Source: Chiloscyllium plagiosum (taxonomy: Eukaryota). Taken from it: a DNA stretch of 64,000 nt. The notes below the pieces were generated by a model that ran no database searches, was not told where the DNA came from, and saw only the letters and a program-made list of their open reading frames with translations. The position numbers were made by a program, and so were the translations under genes. Location: positions 86,667,860 to 86,731,859 of the forward strand of contig NC_057718.1 of NCBI RefSeq assembly GCF_004010195.1. Reading direction: 5' to 3'. Below are positions 26,826-41,600 of the stretch, piece by piece (position 1 is the first letter of the stretch; every line of letters begins with the position of its first letter).

Positions 26826-27107
26826 AATTTGTTGTATTATAGATCCTGATCAATGTTGTATGAGCTAGCTGAACTCCTGGTCTCCAGACGACATATTTTC
26901 TGCCACCATCCTCCTTTGAGATTGTGATGGGCAGGGTCTGCTTTGTCTGATGTGGTAAAGGAAATCCACTAGGTAGTCTAACAAGAAGAGGCTCTTGTCT
27001 TTTACAGGATGTGAATTATTACATGACAGGAACCAAGTACAACTCTGATTGATGTAATAGACATTATTACTAACACGATGGGAAGACCTAGATGGTGGGT
27101 CTATATT

Positions 27108-27610
27108 GAGTCATAGAGTCATACAGCATGGAAACAGACCCTTCAGTCGAACTAGTCCATGCCAACCATAATCCCAAACTAAATTAGTCTCACCTACCCA
27201 CACTTGGTCCAGATATCTCCAAACATTTCTTACTCAATTACTTACCTAAACATCTTTTAAACATTGTGACTGTATTGACCACTTCCTCTGGAGGTTCATT
27301 CACCAATTTACCCCTCATGTCTTTTTTAAACCTTTCTCCTCTCACCTTAAAAATTTGCCTGCTAGTCTTGAAATCCCACACCCTCAGGAAAAGACACTTG
27401 TCATCCACCTTACCTATACCCCTCATGGTTTTATAAACCTCTATAAGGTCACCCCTCAACTTCTTACACTCCAGTGAAAAAGGTCTATCCAGCCTCTCCT
27501 TATTACTCAAGACCTCCCTTCCCAGCAACATCCAGGTAAGTCTCTTTTGAATGCTCTATAGCTTAAAAATGTCCTTCCCATAGCAAGGTGATGAGAACTG
27601 GACACAATAC
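27108..27610 (-). mobile_element. CR1 3' fragment
   Basis: ORF 27238-27531 contains LRGDLIEVYKTMRG. Confidence 0.85.
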
Positions 27611-27967
27611 TCTTTCAAGATACAGAGATGATCACCTCCTGCAAGGCTTTATGATGTTAGCATCGTGGGTAGATATTATTTCACTCTTAACCTTCAGCAT
27701 TAACCTTTTTAGAAACAAACATCTAATACAATAGTGTTCCCAACAGTCTTCTCTAGGATGTAAGAAACCAACAAGTCAACATTGGATCACTAAAGATTGG
27801 TAAAATATTTATGATTTACAAATCTCAAGTAGTTGGATTTTAACCCAGTTATTTAACAAGGAAACGAAATGTGCATTTGTATAGGAGCATTCATGATCTC
27901 AGGAATCCCAAAATACTTTACAGCTGCAAAATACTATTGAAGTGTTGTCTCTGTAGGAATATACAGA

Positions 27968-28285
27968 GTGGGTGGCACGGTGGCACAGTGGTTAGCACTG
28001 CTGCCTCACAGCGCCAGAGATCCGGGTTCAATTCCTGCCTCAGGCGACTGACTGTGTGGAGTTTGCACGTTCTCCCCGTGTCTGCGTGGGTTTCCTCCGG
28101 GTGCTCCAGTTTCCTCCCACAATCCAAAGATGTGCAGGTCAGGTGAATTGGCCATGCTAAATTGCTTGTAGTGTTAGGTAAGGGGTAAACGTAGGGGTAT
28201 GGGTGGGTTGCGCTTCGGCGGATCGGTGTAGACTTGTTGGGCCGAAGGGCCTGTTTCCACACTGTAAGTAATCTAATCTAATCTA
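27968..28285 (+). mobile_element. HE1-like V-domain SINE, full length
   Basis: TGGCACAGTGG A-box, GGTTCAATTCC B-box, V-domain tggagtttgcacgttctccccgtgtctgcgtgggtttcc, (AATCT)n tail; TSD ATACAG at 27961-27966 and 28286-28291. Confidence 0.88.
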
Positions 28286-28294
28286 ATACAGGAA

Positions 28295-28745
28295 ACATGG
28301 CTGCCAAATTGTACATAGCAAAAGCAGAAATAATTCAAATGTGCAGATAATCTGTTTTCTCATGATTTTGATAGAGGGGAAAATGTTGGAAACCACCAGG
28401 AAGACGATCACTTCCCCCGCCAATCTTCTTCAAAACGAGGGACTAGATTAAAGTAAAATATCTGGTCAGTATGGACGGGTGGGACTGAAGGGTGCCATTC
28501 TGTGCTGTACATCTCCCTGACTCTCGGACCCTATGACTTTCCTGAGTCCAGCTGAGAGGGCAAACAGGACCTTAGCTTAATATCTCATCTTGAAATTGGC
28601 ACCTTTGAAAATGCAACACTCCCTCGGTATTCCATACTTGAATGGTGATTTAAATTATGTGTTTAAGGCTTTGGAGTGGGGCTTAAACCCACAATCTCCT
28701 GACTCCGAGATAAGAGTAATGCCGCTGAGCTACAGCCGGTACTGT
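28295..28745 (-). mobile_element. Old Deu-domain (SacSINE-like) SINE, interrupted by a CR1 tail
   Basis: gagagggcaaacagg..ttaatatctcatc..ggcacc..gcaacactccctc motif; related copies near 1120-1250 and 44740-45110. Confidence 0.55.
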
Positions 28746-28775
28746 CTAAAATAGTGTTATGGTGACACCATGTGA

Positions 28776-29075
<300 letters not shown>

Positions 29076-31299
29076 TAAGCAGATACCTGTTAATTTTCTG
29101 GTACAAACTATGTCATACTATCATGTATCTTTTATTGCGTTACTTTGTGAAGTGACTACTGAATATCCCCTAATATTACAGTGCGATATGCTACATATAT
29201 CTGCTTTGCATTAGTATGTAATGATGCCACTGGATATCTGTAACATACATATTAGTGTAGATCTCAGAAGTCAATTCTCATCTTAATTGAAGATTACAGA
29301 ATTTATAGGCAGCCCGTCTGAAGAAGAGACTTTGAATCCTCAGTTGAATTTTCAGCTGTTTTCAGAGTGGCCTTTGGCTGTTGGCTACGACAGCGTTGCT
29401 TTGTTAAGAAATAGATAAGACCTTTTAAGATTGGGGGCCTATGATTCATTTAGTGTATCCAATTGCAATCAGAATTTCTGGCACCATAAATACTCCACAC
29501 CTAGGCTTTCAAAAACTACTTTTAGAGTTGGTTAGCTCAATTGGCTGAATGGCTGGTTTGTGATGCAGACTGATGCCAACAGTGCAGGTACAAATGCAGG
29601 TTATCATGAAGGATTCTCCTTCTCATCTTCTCCCCTCAGGTTAAACCACCACCAGCCGTCTCTCTCTCTGATGAGAGAGGAGCCATGTGATCCAGGAGGA
29701 CTATGGTGGCTTTACCTTTCACATGTCTCAAGGTCACCACTGGCAGAACTTTATACCATCCCTCATCATTGGCAGGGGAGCTCTTTAAGTTCCCAGGGCT
29801 CTCAACACCTTCCAACCAAACTGTGTCTGGGCAGCAGTTTTACGGTGGGCTATGAGTGTGTCCTAGGGTGGCCCACACAGCCTTATCCTGATTGAGGACC
29901 TCAAACAGCACCTTGATAGTTGGCAGCATTTCAGTTGGCAAGAGAAGTCCAGTGCCAGGGTCTGTGAGGTGATGCCCAGCAGATGTTAACTGAGAGAGAC
30001 CAGAGGATGCATTTAAATCACTGATGCCCTCTCTGGGATTAGCACCCCATTCCCCCTAACCCCATATTCCACAGGTTCTGCATCCCAACAACAGCCCCAC
30101 CCACCTTCTGGGTGCTAACAAAGGGTATGGCACTGAGATGAAAAAAAAATCTCTTCACCCAGACAGCGGTGAGCCTGTGGAATTCTCTGCTACAGAAAGT
30201 GGTCGAGGCCAAAATATTGTATGGTTTCAATATGTTGGATGCAGTTCATAGGACTAAATGGACCAATAGGAGCAGAAAGTGGAACCAGCGTACTGAGTTA
30301 GATGGTCAGCAATGAGTATATTGAATGGAAGCGCAATTTTGAAGGGATGAGTGGCCCCCTTCTGCTCCTATTTTCGATATTTCTGTTTTTGTATCTACTC
30401 TCCTGATCTCACCTCTCAAGACTCCCAAACCTTTTTCTCCACTATCCCCTCTGGACCTATGTTTGCTTTTACTCTGGGGATTGTTTATAGTTGCAGAAGT
30501 GGCCATCAATCCAGGCAGCACTGCTAAGTCAACAGGCAAGTTCTCTGGGATGGCACTTTCTGACCAGTGAGGACCCATTCACTGGTGGGTTGGGAAACAC
30601 TCCCATTTGAAAACTCCTGCCCCTCATATCAAGAGTGTGCCCCGTAGTTAATGCATTTAAGGCTCATCCATTCAACCTGAGTCTCTTCAGCCAACAAGCC
30701 ACTGAGTCAGAATCTCAGTACCATTGCAAAGGATTGATCTCGTCTCCCAGGCTGACATTTCAACACATCATTGAACAAATGCTGTGCTCTAAAGGATGTG
30801 GTCTTTTTGTTGAGAGTACATTCTGAGTGCCACTCTGCCCTCTCAGGTGGGTGGCAATGCTTGTGGAACAATTACAAAGGAAATGATTTTCTTTGGGCTA
30901 TCATTCACTTTGTGAAATGATACCATTCCCCATTCTATGGTAATTATTATTGAGAGAATTCCTTTAATAAAGTACAAAGACATTGGATCTTAAATGTCTT
31001 TTGATTGAACTAAACTTCTTGTCCTTACAAAAATATATCTTCTAGACAATATGATAACTTACACTCCCCCCCCCCCCCCCCCCCACTTCGTAGAACCATG
31101 AAGCAGTCTCCTCTAATGTTATACGACATGCCTGCCTGCATTACCGTGAATATGGATAATTAAAGCTCAAGCACTGCATCAGCCTTGCCACTGAATCATG
31201 AAACATTGTCACAGTGAGGAGCCAGGTGAACCGCCCATAGGCCGTAGCCTGTGAACAAAAAGTAACTTCAGAACGGCAACCTAGAAACTCAACGAAACT

Positions 31300-33046
31300 G
31301 GGTTAGTCACGATTCACCACGGCAGATTCATCGCCAATGATTAGCCATTGCCAGTCCTCCACTAGCGTTTCTCCATTTGGGTCGTTTGATCTCTGGAGAC
31401 TATTTGCCTCCGGAAATATATATATGTACCGATTGTTTTCCCTCCCACCTGTTCTTTCATACTTCTCAGTCCCCTTTATTTATACAACTACATACTACAC
31501 ATTGATTAAAAAAGAGGTAAAATAAATATCATTTTATTGGTTTATATATAAAAATGAGTTACAAACTTTAACCAGAAAAAGGAAATATATTTTAAAAATC
31601 TTTATAATGGCCGTAAAATCTCACGTTAATATTTAACAATGAAATTTTTTAGTTCATTTGATAGTTATGAGCTATTCCTCTAAGATATTCCAAACAATCT
31701 CTTTCACCGTATTCAAGAACAATATGTAATTGCTGAAGTTTAGTAGGGTTTGGTGGCGCTAAACTAATATCTTTCCTTTTTCGTTGAATTATTTTCTTCA
31801 TGCTGCTTGTTGTCAGTAAAAATGCTAGGGCTGACTGAGGGACATCAGCTACACATTCGTTAATAAGAACACTAGGTACTTCCTGCGATTCTTCTGCACG
31901 ACGTTTTAAACTTGTTTTCACTTTCGCAACTTGGACACTAGCTGCGGAAGGGGAATGTGTGTGTTAATTTATTATTTTTATCACAGTGCCACTCTTGGTG
32001 TGGATCTGACCGTTACATCGCTAGGTACTTCCTGCGATTCTTCTGCACGACATTTTAAACTTATTTTCACTTTCGCAACTGGGACACTAGCTGCGGAAGG
32101 GGAATGTGTGTGTTAATTTATTATTTTTATCACAGTGCCACTCTTGGTGTGGATCTGACCGTTACATCGGCCCTTTGTTCACATCGCCAAAACTTAATAC
32201 TTGAATCACTCTTGGATAGTTTTTCAAAAACATATATAAAACCATCGTGGTAAAACTTCTTATTTCCACTGTGAGAAAGAGAACTCACTCACAAATCAGC
32301 CTGAGACAAAGCCTTAGAAACAAGAACAATTTATTACAGCCTTGCAAGTACCAGACGCTTCTGCAATCAAGCAGAAATGCGCGCGAAAACAAAACATGTA
32401 ACCATTCTTATTCAGTTTGCAAGTTGCGGAATCACGCCTCCATTTTCCCATCTTATCATAAGCCGATTACCTCACTTGTTTTTTTCTCTATCGTTATTTT
32501 CTTATCTGGCCATGCTGCTGTCCTTGTATGTCTGCATTCTTTGTTCCTTGTTTGTTACAGCTTGTTCTTTTATCCAGTTTCTCTTATCATACTATAAGCT
32601 TTGTTGTGAAATGCTCCTGCTGCTTCTTTTTGTGGTCAGCTACAACTCTATTTCCTAGCTTAAAACTATTTTCTTTAAAAGACCTTCTATATTCATTAAA
32701 GTCTTAGTTTTAAGTATGCGACATGTTACAAGAATTCCACGACCGTTTGTATAATGTTCCACCCCCGCAACACCCCTCCCCCCACCTGCAGAAACTGCAT
32801 TTCTAATCTCCCACACCACGTTTACTAATAATTTCTGTTTCCATTTTGAAGACTTGAGGGTATATGGGAAAAAAAATAAGCTTAAAAAAAAACTCTCCTG
32901 TAACGAAAATAAGTTATTACTGAAACAACGCAAACACTACCTTAACCATAATAACGACAATTTTATATAGTTTAGATATGCTCGGTGGTCAAAGGGCAGT
33001 GGCTAATCTGCGGCGGCGAATCTGCTGTGGTGAATGGTCCCATCCT
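31300..33046 (-). mobile_element. Mutator/MULE-like DNA transposon (FLYWCH type), internally deleted
   Basis: Imperfect TIR core at 31312-31352 vs 32995-33035; TSD (A/G)ACGAAACT at 31291-31299 and 33047-33055. Minus-strand remnant reads GFIYVFEK..FWRCEQ/GRCNGQIHT..HTH..KRRAEES..MKKIIQRKR..LEYLRGIAHN. Confidence 0.75.
31872..32169. repeat. 149-bp tandem duplication inside the MULE
   Basis: 31872-32020 repeated at 32021-32169 with a few substitutions. Confidence 0.92.
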
Positions 33047-33849
33047 GACGAAACTCTGTTCTTTACAGAGTTAAATGGATTCAAGGTGGAGCGTAAATTA
33101 GTTGAGCTGGGAGTGCACATCTATCGTGGTAGGATAGGTAACAAAAGACTCAGGGTCAGTCTCTGAAATGGGCATGAGGTCCCTAAAGTGTGCAATTATG
33201 GATCTAGCAACTGTTGCCCACTCTGCCAAAACGATTTGCCCTGTATGAATACCAACCAAGTCGAATATATCCAAAAGTGGTTCATGTAAATGCGATGGTT
33301 AACAGAAGTATCACCAAGAAGCTATGATTTAAAAAGACACTTGAGAACTTCCCAAGCCTACTACAGTTCAATTGATCATTCCAGCTGCTTTCCAACTGCT
33401 CCCTCACCTGATTGCTGCGAGCAATCCTACTCTCCTGATCATTTTCCCACACTCTCTTCCATCAGTATATACCTGAATGCCACAGTGAGAGATGCAGGAC
33501 TATGGAATTGTAATGGCCTTCATCACAATTTGCTTCCCACTGGCCAGTGAGTGTCCAAATACAAATATTAATGAACTTGGTAGTGTTGTGGTTATGTTAA
33601 TTGGCTAATAAAAGAGCCTGTTTAACTGAACCAGAATTATGAGCTCCAAAAGTATTTTTAATCAACCTGTTCACATATGATACACCTCCAAGGCAGGTGA
33701 GCCAGAAACTGGGACAATAACCACTGGGCAGATATAAAGGCAAGTGAGCTAAGATAAAAAAATTAAGGTTCAGCATTGTAGGAATATTGGGTTACTATTG
33801 AAAGACAACTGGATTCACTCACTTCCACAACAATATGTTTAGCTTTAAA

Positions 33850-35300
33850 CTTTCCTAAATGAGCCACTCAGTTGACCAAATTTCTGTGACAAAGTACAAT
33901 GAGAATATAAGTAGGTGGGACCACCACACATTAGCTCATGCCCCTGGTACAGATGTGATGAAGGTGCACCAAGTCTGAGTTGGTTCTGCAACACCGAGGG
34001 ATTTGTGGCAAAATTAGGAGAGCTATCCCACGGGCTGATCAAGAAGCCTGACTTAAACTAACAAACAGCTGTACTTTACAGCGAACATTCCAGACTCTGC
34101 CATCATTATTGCTGGGTAGTCCAACCACTTAGGCAGCATTGACACTAAATTCTGTGAAATGGATAATGCACTAAGGATAGCAATGGGTGCAGGTTTACTG
34201 TGTCCACCAACAGCAGCGATTTGGTTGTACCATTGACTGAACAACCTGAACAATATTTGACCCTGTAGATGGGAAAGAAATGACAAAAGATAAAAACCTA
34301 CTTGATTTTGTTCTCACTGTGTTACACGCCATCAATACAAATGTGTATGACAGTATTTGTAGGTGTGACCACTGCACAGTCCTTGCAGCAGTCACTGTCC
34401 ATTGTCTAATGTGGCACTAACCTAAGGTAAGTGGGATAGATTCAGAACAAATCCAGGAGCTTAAAATTGGGCATACATGAGTCACTGAGGACATCTATGG
34501 CAGGTGATTTGTATTCCAGCACAAGCTACATCCTTTTGGTTCAGCATGCCCTCCCTCTACCATTACCATTACCATCAAGTTAAAGGACCAATCATGTTGC
34601 AATAAAGACTGAAGGCTCCATGAACATCATTGACCTCAATGATTATTGAATCCAGCACATCAACACAAAAGAGAGTTGAACACAATCAACGATCTTCAGA
34701 TGAAAGTGCCAAGTCAATGTTCCATCTCAACCTTCTGCTGTGGTTGCTGGCATCAAAGCACTAAGGTTACCACCAGTTCAATTCATTCCATGTAATATCA
34801 GTAAATGATTGAGTGCCCACAATCTATGGGCCCTGACAACATCCTGGCACCAGAACCAGCTTCAGCTAAGAACCACTAGCAGAGTTGTTGCAATACATTT
34901 CTAACATTCACATCTACTCATAAAGTTATGCCCTGACCATGAAAAGCAGGGAAAATAATCCAGCCAATTCCATTCGTCTACCCTCAATCATCACTAAAAC
35001 AATGGTTGATCTCATTAGCTAAGCAATGCATTTCCAGCAACAACATGCATGGTTTAGGATCCACAAAGACCACTTTAGTCCTGACCTCAGAGAAATTCTT
35101 CTCCAAGCAATGACCAAAAAACTAAATTCCAAGGTGAGATGAGAGTGACTGTCCTTAACACCAAGGAAGCATTAGACTGAGTGTCTCAATAATAAGTTGT
35201 GGTGAATGGAAATTAGATTCAAAGCTCCTCATTACTTGGAGTCTTACCCCAATACAAAGCAGCTTGACATCGTTTGAGGCTGATCATCTCAGTCCTAGCA
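33850..35300 (+). mobile_element. Old CR1/L2-group LINE (second family), decayed endonuclease-RT region
   Basis: Decayed endonuclease-like and RT-like nucleotide motifs; its right end resembles the start of 58845-59990. Confidence 0.5.
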
Positions 35301-37479
35301 AAATGAAGCCAATTTTAAACAAATAAACAGACAGTTTGAGAGAAGCATGCCATTGTGTCTCTCTCATTTTCAATCATTTACTCTTTCACAACCTCAGAGC
35401 GTCCCAAAACAATTTACAGTCAAAGTCAGCCATAGCTCCATTGGTAATACTTAGAGTCATAGAGTCCCTCATCCCTGACGCTAATGTAGTGAATCTCTTC
35501 AACTACCACAACAAAACTTGATGTTCTGTTGAAGTGTGGTCCATGAGTGGACGCTGTCCTTAGCTGAGGTCTAGCAGAGATTTATTAGCGTAGGAACATT
35601 GAAGACAGGAGCAGGAGTAGGCCATTTGACCTTTCAAACCTGCTTTACCATTCAATATGATCAGGCTGACCATCAAGCTCAATACCTTAATCCCGCTCAC
35701 CCTTATGTCCATCGATCCCTTTAGCCACAAGAGTTATATTCACTTCCTTCCTGGCAATAAAATTCAGAACTTGTGCTGGCTGGGAGCCAAACCCAGTTCA
35801 ATTGTTTGGAAAGCAGCGATGTTCACCACCGTACCCTGTATCTATCTAAATCCCTTGAGCTGGCCAATGGATTATGACATCATAAATCACTAGTTTCTCG
35901 AGACATTCCTTGGTACAAAGCAACCATTTCAGTGAAATTGCCTCTGTCATATTGTTCACAAGCATTCTTCAGCTGTCAAAACATTATTAGTCATTTTTGT
36001 TATGGTCAATGTTATTGGATTTTGGCAAGCTAAGTAAGATATGTCATTAAAATGCCCGTCACTGAATTGTCTGCTTGGTCCAGAGCCAGCACTCTGAGTT
36101 ATACAATGTTACATTTAAATAGCAGTCTGTGACTTCAGTTTGTCCATGCTGTTATAGGAGTGTACTGTGAGGGAGCTTGCCATTGATAATCAGGTGAGAT
36201 GTTAAACTGACTGTCTATTCAGGTTGGTATCCCATGTCACACTTGAAGGGCAGAGATGTGTGCCAGCCAAGTGGTCATTGATTTAACCTGCTGTCTATGG
36301 GAGCTTGCTAAGCATGGGGAATTTTCGTTGTTCATTACGTTATACAAAATGGAAGTCCTTCCAATGAAAATCCCTGATGAGAAGAATAATTATAGTAGGG
36401 TCAAGTTACAGCAGGCTGCATTTTTGAATATCTTTTCCTGGTCAATGACATACTTCCAAAGTGTTGCCAATGGTGTTAAGCTTCTTGAATGTGGTTTGAG
36501 CTGCACCCTTCCAGACAAGTGGGGAGTATTCCATTACACTCCTGACTGTGCCTTGTAAATGTTGGATTGGCTTTGAGGAGTCAGAAGGAGAGTTACTCGC
36601 TGCAGTATTCCTAGCCTCTGACTTGCTCTTGTAGCCTCTGTGTTCAAATGGGAAATACACAAGAGGGTCCCACAAACAGCAATGAGTAATGACTAGTTTA
36701 AACATTTGATATTGGTTTCCAACTAGAAATTTAGTAAAAGATTTCGTCCAAGCAAGTGCTGTGTTCTTGGGGGTAGCGTCTTTAAGAGGAGATGTTAAAC
36801 TGAGGCTCTGCTGGTTCTGTCAGGCTGATGTAAAGTATTCAGTGTCACTGATCAAAGAAGAGGAGGAGAATTTACCAGGCAAATAGTTAGCCCTCAAACA
36901 GCATCTGAAATTCAATTTGACTCATATTATCATGCTGTGTTTTTTTTTGTGGCATCTTCCTGTGCTCAGATTAACTGCTGTGCTTTCCAACATAAGGCTG
37001 TCTACATTTCCAAAGCACAACTGGATGTTCAGCAATAGAGTCAAAAATTCTTATTTTCCATACAGACAGTTGCTTTGAAATGGCAAAATTAATTGCACAT
37101 TATAAACAGATTCCATCAATCCTGCCAGTGAATACAATAAATGAAAACAATTCAGAATTGGTGTATGTGATGCATTAGTTGAACTTCATAAACATGGTTA
37201 GCCATTTCCTTAGCCAACCCTGCAAATGTCTGAATCACATCAGCTTCCATTTACATAACAATTTCCACAACTGCAGGGTGTCTTGAAGTGCTTGACAGCC
37301 ACTTCAATTGAAGTGCTTGAATTGTAGTTACAGTTATAATGTGGAGTAATGGCATCACGAGAGTCCCACAAACAGCCACATGCAACAAACAAAATCTTTT
37401 TTATTGATGTCCATTGATGACCAGGGCATGGGGAGAACCCTCCACAGTTCTTAGAGTGCCATAGTAAACAATAAGAGAT

Positions 37480-38125
37480 AATCTAATCACCACCCCTTGA
37501 AATTCAGTGGTGTTCAGAATCCCCAACTATCAAAATCTTTGAAGTTACCACAAACTCACTGGATTCACCATGTTAACACAGTGGCTATAAGGCTAGGAAT
37601 ACTGCAATGAGTAACTCACCTCCTGACTCCCCAAAGCCAATCCATCAACTACAAGGCACAAGTCAGGAATGTGATTGAATACTCCCCAGTTGTCTGGATG
37701 GATGCAGCTCAAGCTACTTTCAAGAAGCTTGTCACCATCCAGGACAAAGTAGCCGCAACATACAAACATCCAAGTCATTCACCATGAACTCACTGCTCAG
37801 TAGCAGCAGTACTATCTACAAGATGCACTGCACAAATTCACCAAAGATCCTTAGATAGCACCTTCCAAATCCATAACTACTTCCATCCAGAAAGACAAGG
37901 ACAGCAGATGCATGGGGACACCACAACCTCCAAGCCAGTTATCATCCTGACCTATCATTGTTTCTTTGCTGGGTGAAAATCCTAGAATTCCCTCCTAAGG
38001 GCATTGTGGATCAACCCACAGTAGCTAGACTGCAGTGGTTCAAGAAGGCAGCTCACCACCACCTTCTCAAGGGCAACTAGAGAAGGGTAATAAATGCTGG
38101 CCTGCCAACAATGTCCATGTAGCAT
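37480..38125 (+). mobile_element. 3' part of the second LINE family
   Basis: Similar to 59310-59980. Confidence 0.7.
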
Positions 38126-38607
38126 AAGATCTTTTATACCTGTCTTAGATATTAGATAGGGCCTCATCTCATTCAAAGTGCTGCACTAAAGTGTAAACCT
38201 AATCCTCATGTCCCTGGAGTGTGGATTATACCCATAACCATCAATGGCTCAGAGGTGAGAGGACTAGTAACCAAGCAGAGTGGCAAATTCCTCTATGCTT
38301 TACCCCAGATTGTGTAGAATATGATTGAAAATGTCTCATTAGGCAATTTGGCTCAAAGGAAATCAGTCTTATAATCGAGTGTTGCAGGTCTGAATTTCAA
38401 AGTGCTACAGTTGTAGCAGGAACCACGTTGGATACCTGGACAGCAGGTTCCTGGAATTGGACCCTAATACCAGTTTCTCCTCCACCACCATGCTCCCTCC
38501 TCAGCTCTCACACCCTGCATCTTCCAGGATGGTGGTGGTGTGGGTTCTAGTAACTGAACTGGCCCTTAGAGCAAACTAATTAAAATAGTACCTTCCATTA
38601 TAGTCTG

Positions 38608-41600
38608 AGATCCCTATCATCACCCCAATGTACACAGACCTGTATCATTATCCCCTATTATCATACCAGTGTACACAGACCCCAATCATCACCCCAGTGT
38701 ACACAGATTCCTATTGTCACACCAGTGTACACAGACCCCTATCATCACCGCAGTGTACTCAGAACCCTATCATCATCCCAGTGTACGCAGTTCCCTATCA
38801 TCACACCAGTATACACAGACCCCTATCATCACACCAGTGTACACAGACCCCTATCATCAGACCAGAATACATAGTCCCTTGTCATCACACCACAGTACAC
38901 AGACCCCTATTGTCACCCCAGTGTACACAGACACCTATTGTCACACTAGTGTACACAGACCCCTATTGTCACACCAGTGTACACAGACCCCTATTGTCAC
39001 ACCAGTATACACAGATCCCTATTGTCACACCAGTATACAAAGACCTCTATTGTCACACCAGTGTACACAGATCCCTATTGTCACACCAGTATACACAGAC
39101 TTCTATTGTCACACCAGTATACACAGACCTCTATTGTCACACCAGTGTACACAGACCCCTATTGTCACATCAGTATACACAGACCCCTATTGTCATACCA
39201 GTATACACAGACTTCTACTGTCACACCAGTATACACAGACCTCTATTGTCACACCAGTATACACAGACCTCTATTGTCACACCAGTGTACACAGACCCCT
39301 ATTGTCACANNNNNNNNNNNNNNNNNNNNNNNNNNNNNNNNNNNNNNNNNNNNNNNNNNNNNNNNNNNNNNNNNNNNNNNNNNNNNNNNNNNNNNNNNNN
39401 NNNNNNNNNNNNNNNNNNNNNNNNNNNNNNNNNNNNNNNNNNNNNNNNNNNNNNNNNNNNNNNNNNNNNNNNNNNNNNNNNNNNNNNNNNNNNNNNNNNN
39501 NNNNNNNNNNNNNNNNNNNNNNNNNNNNNNNNNNNNNNNNNNNNNNNNNNNNNNNNNNNNNNNNNNNNNNNNNNNNNNNNNNNNNNNNNNNNNNNNNNNN
39601 NNNNNNNNNNNNNNNNNNNNNNNNNNNNNNNNNNNNNNNNNNNNNNNNNNNNNNNNNNNNNNNNNNNNNNNNNNNNNNNNNNNNNNNNNNNNNNNNNNNN
39701 NNNNNNNNNNNNNNNNNNNNNNNNNNNNNNNNNNNNNNNNNNNNNNNNNNNNNNNNNNNNNNNNNNNNNNNNNNNNNNNNNNNNNNNNNNNNNNNNNNNN
39801 NNNNNNNNNTCACACCAGTGTACACAGACCCTTATTGTCACACCAGTATACACAGACCCCTAGTGTCATACCAGTGTACACAGATCCCTATTGTCACACC
39901 AGTGTAGAGACCCCTATCGTCACACCAGTGTACATGGAACCCTGTTGTCACACTAATGTACACAGATTCCTATCATCTCACCAGTATACATAGACCACTA
40001 TTGTCACACCAGTATACACAGACCCCTACCATCACCGCAGTGTACACAGAACCTGATCATCATCCCAGTGTACGCAGTTCCCTATCATCACACCAGTGTA
40101 CACAGATCCCTATTGTCACCCCAGTGTACACAGACCCCTATTGTCACACCAGTATACACAGACTTCTATTATCACCCCAGTGTACACAGACTCCTGTTGC
40201 CACACCAGTGTATACATACCCCTATTGTAACCCCAGTGTACACAGACCCTTATTGTGATACCAGTGTACACAGAGCCCTATCATCTTATCAGTGTACACA
40301 GATCCTTATTGCCACACCAGTGTACACAGACCTCTATTGTCACACCAGTATACACAGACCCCTATTGTCACACCAGTGTACATGGAACCCTGTTGTCACA
40401 CTAATGTACACAGACTCCTATCATCTCACCAGTATACACAGGCCCCGATTGACACCCCAGTGTACACAGACCCTATTGTCACACCAGTATACACAGACCC
40501 CTATCATCACTGCAGTGTACACAAAACCCGATCATCATCCCAGTGTACGCAGTTCCCTATCATCACACCAGTGTACACAGACCCCTATTGTCATATCAGT
40601 GTACACAGACCCCTATCATCATCCCAGAGTATGCAGACTCCTATTGTCACCCCAGTATACAAAGACTCCTATTGTCACACCAGTGTACACAGACCCGTAT
40701 TGTCACATCAGTGTACACAGACCCCTATTGTTATATCAGTGCACACAGACCCCTATCATCACACCAGTGTACACAGACCCCTATCATCACCCCAGAGTAC
40801 ACAGACCCCTATCATCACCCCAGAGTACACAGACTCCTATTGTCACACCAGTGTACACAGACTCCTATTGTCACACCAGTGTACACAGGTCCCTATTGTC
40901 ACACCAGTGTACACAGACCCTTATTGTCACACCAGTATACACAGATCCCTATTGTCACACCAGTGTACACAGGCCCTTATTGTCACACCAGTATACACAG
41001 ATCCCTATTGTCACACCAGTGTACACAGATCCCTATTGTCACAGCAGAGTACACAGATCCCTATTGTCACACCAGTGTACACAGACCCTTATTGTCACAC
41101 CAGTGTACACAGACCCTTATTGTCATACCAGTGTACACAGATCCCTATCATCATATCAGTGTATACAGATCCTTATTGCCACACCAGTGTACACAGACCC
41201 TTATTGTCACACCAGTATACACAGATCCCTATTGTCACACCAGTGTACACAGACCCTTATTGTCACATCAGTATACACAGACCCCTAGTGTCATACCAGT
41301 GTACACAGATCCCTATTGTCACACCAGTGTAGACAGACCCCTATCGTCACACCAGTGTACATGGAACCCTGTTGTCACACTAATGTACACAGACTACTAT
41401 CATCTCACCAGTATACATAGACCCCTATTGTCACACTAGTATACACAGACCCCTATCATCACCGCAGTGTACACAGAACCTGATCATCATCCCAGTGTAC
41501 GCAGTTCCCTATCATCACCCCAGAGTACACAGACCCCTATTGTCACCCCAGTGTACACAGACCCCTATCATCACACCAATGTACACAGACCCCTATTGTC

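Noticed and set aside
27968..28045. tRNA gene
   Set aside because: It is the tRNA-derived head of a SINE, continuing into the V-domain and tail; the same holds for similar heads near 26370-26436, 29530-29600 and 48870-48945.
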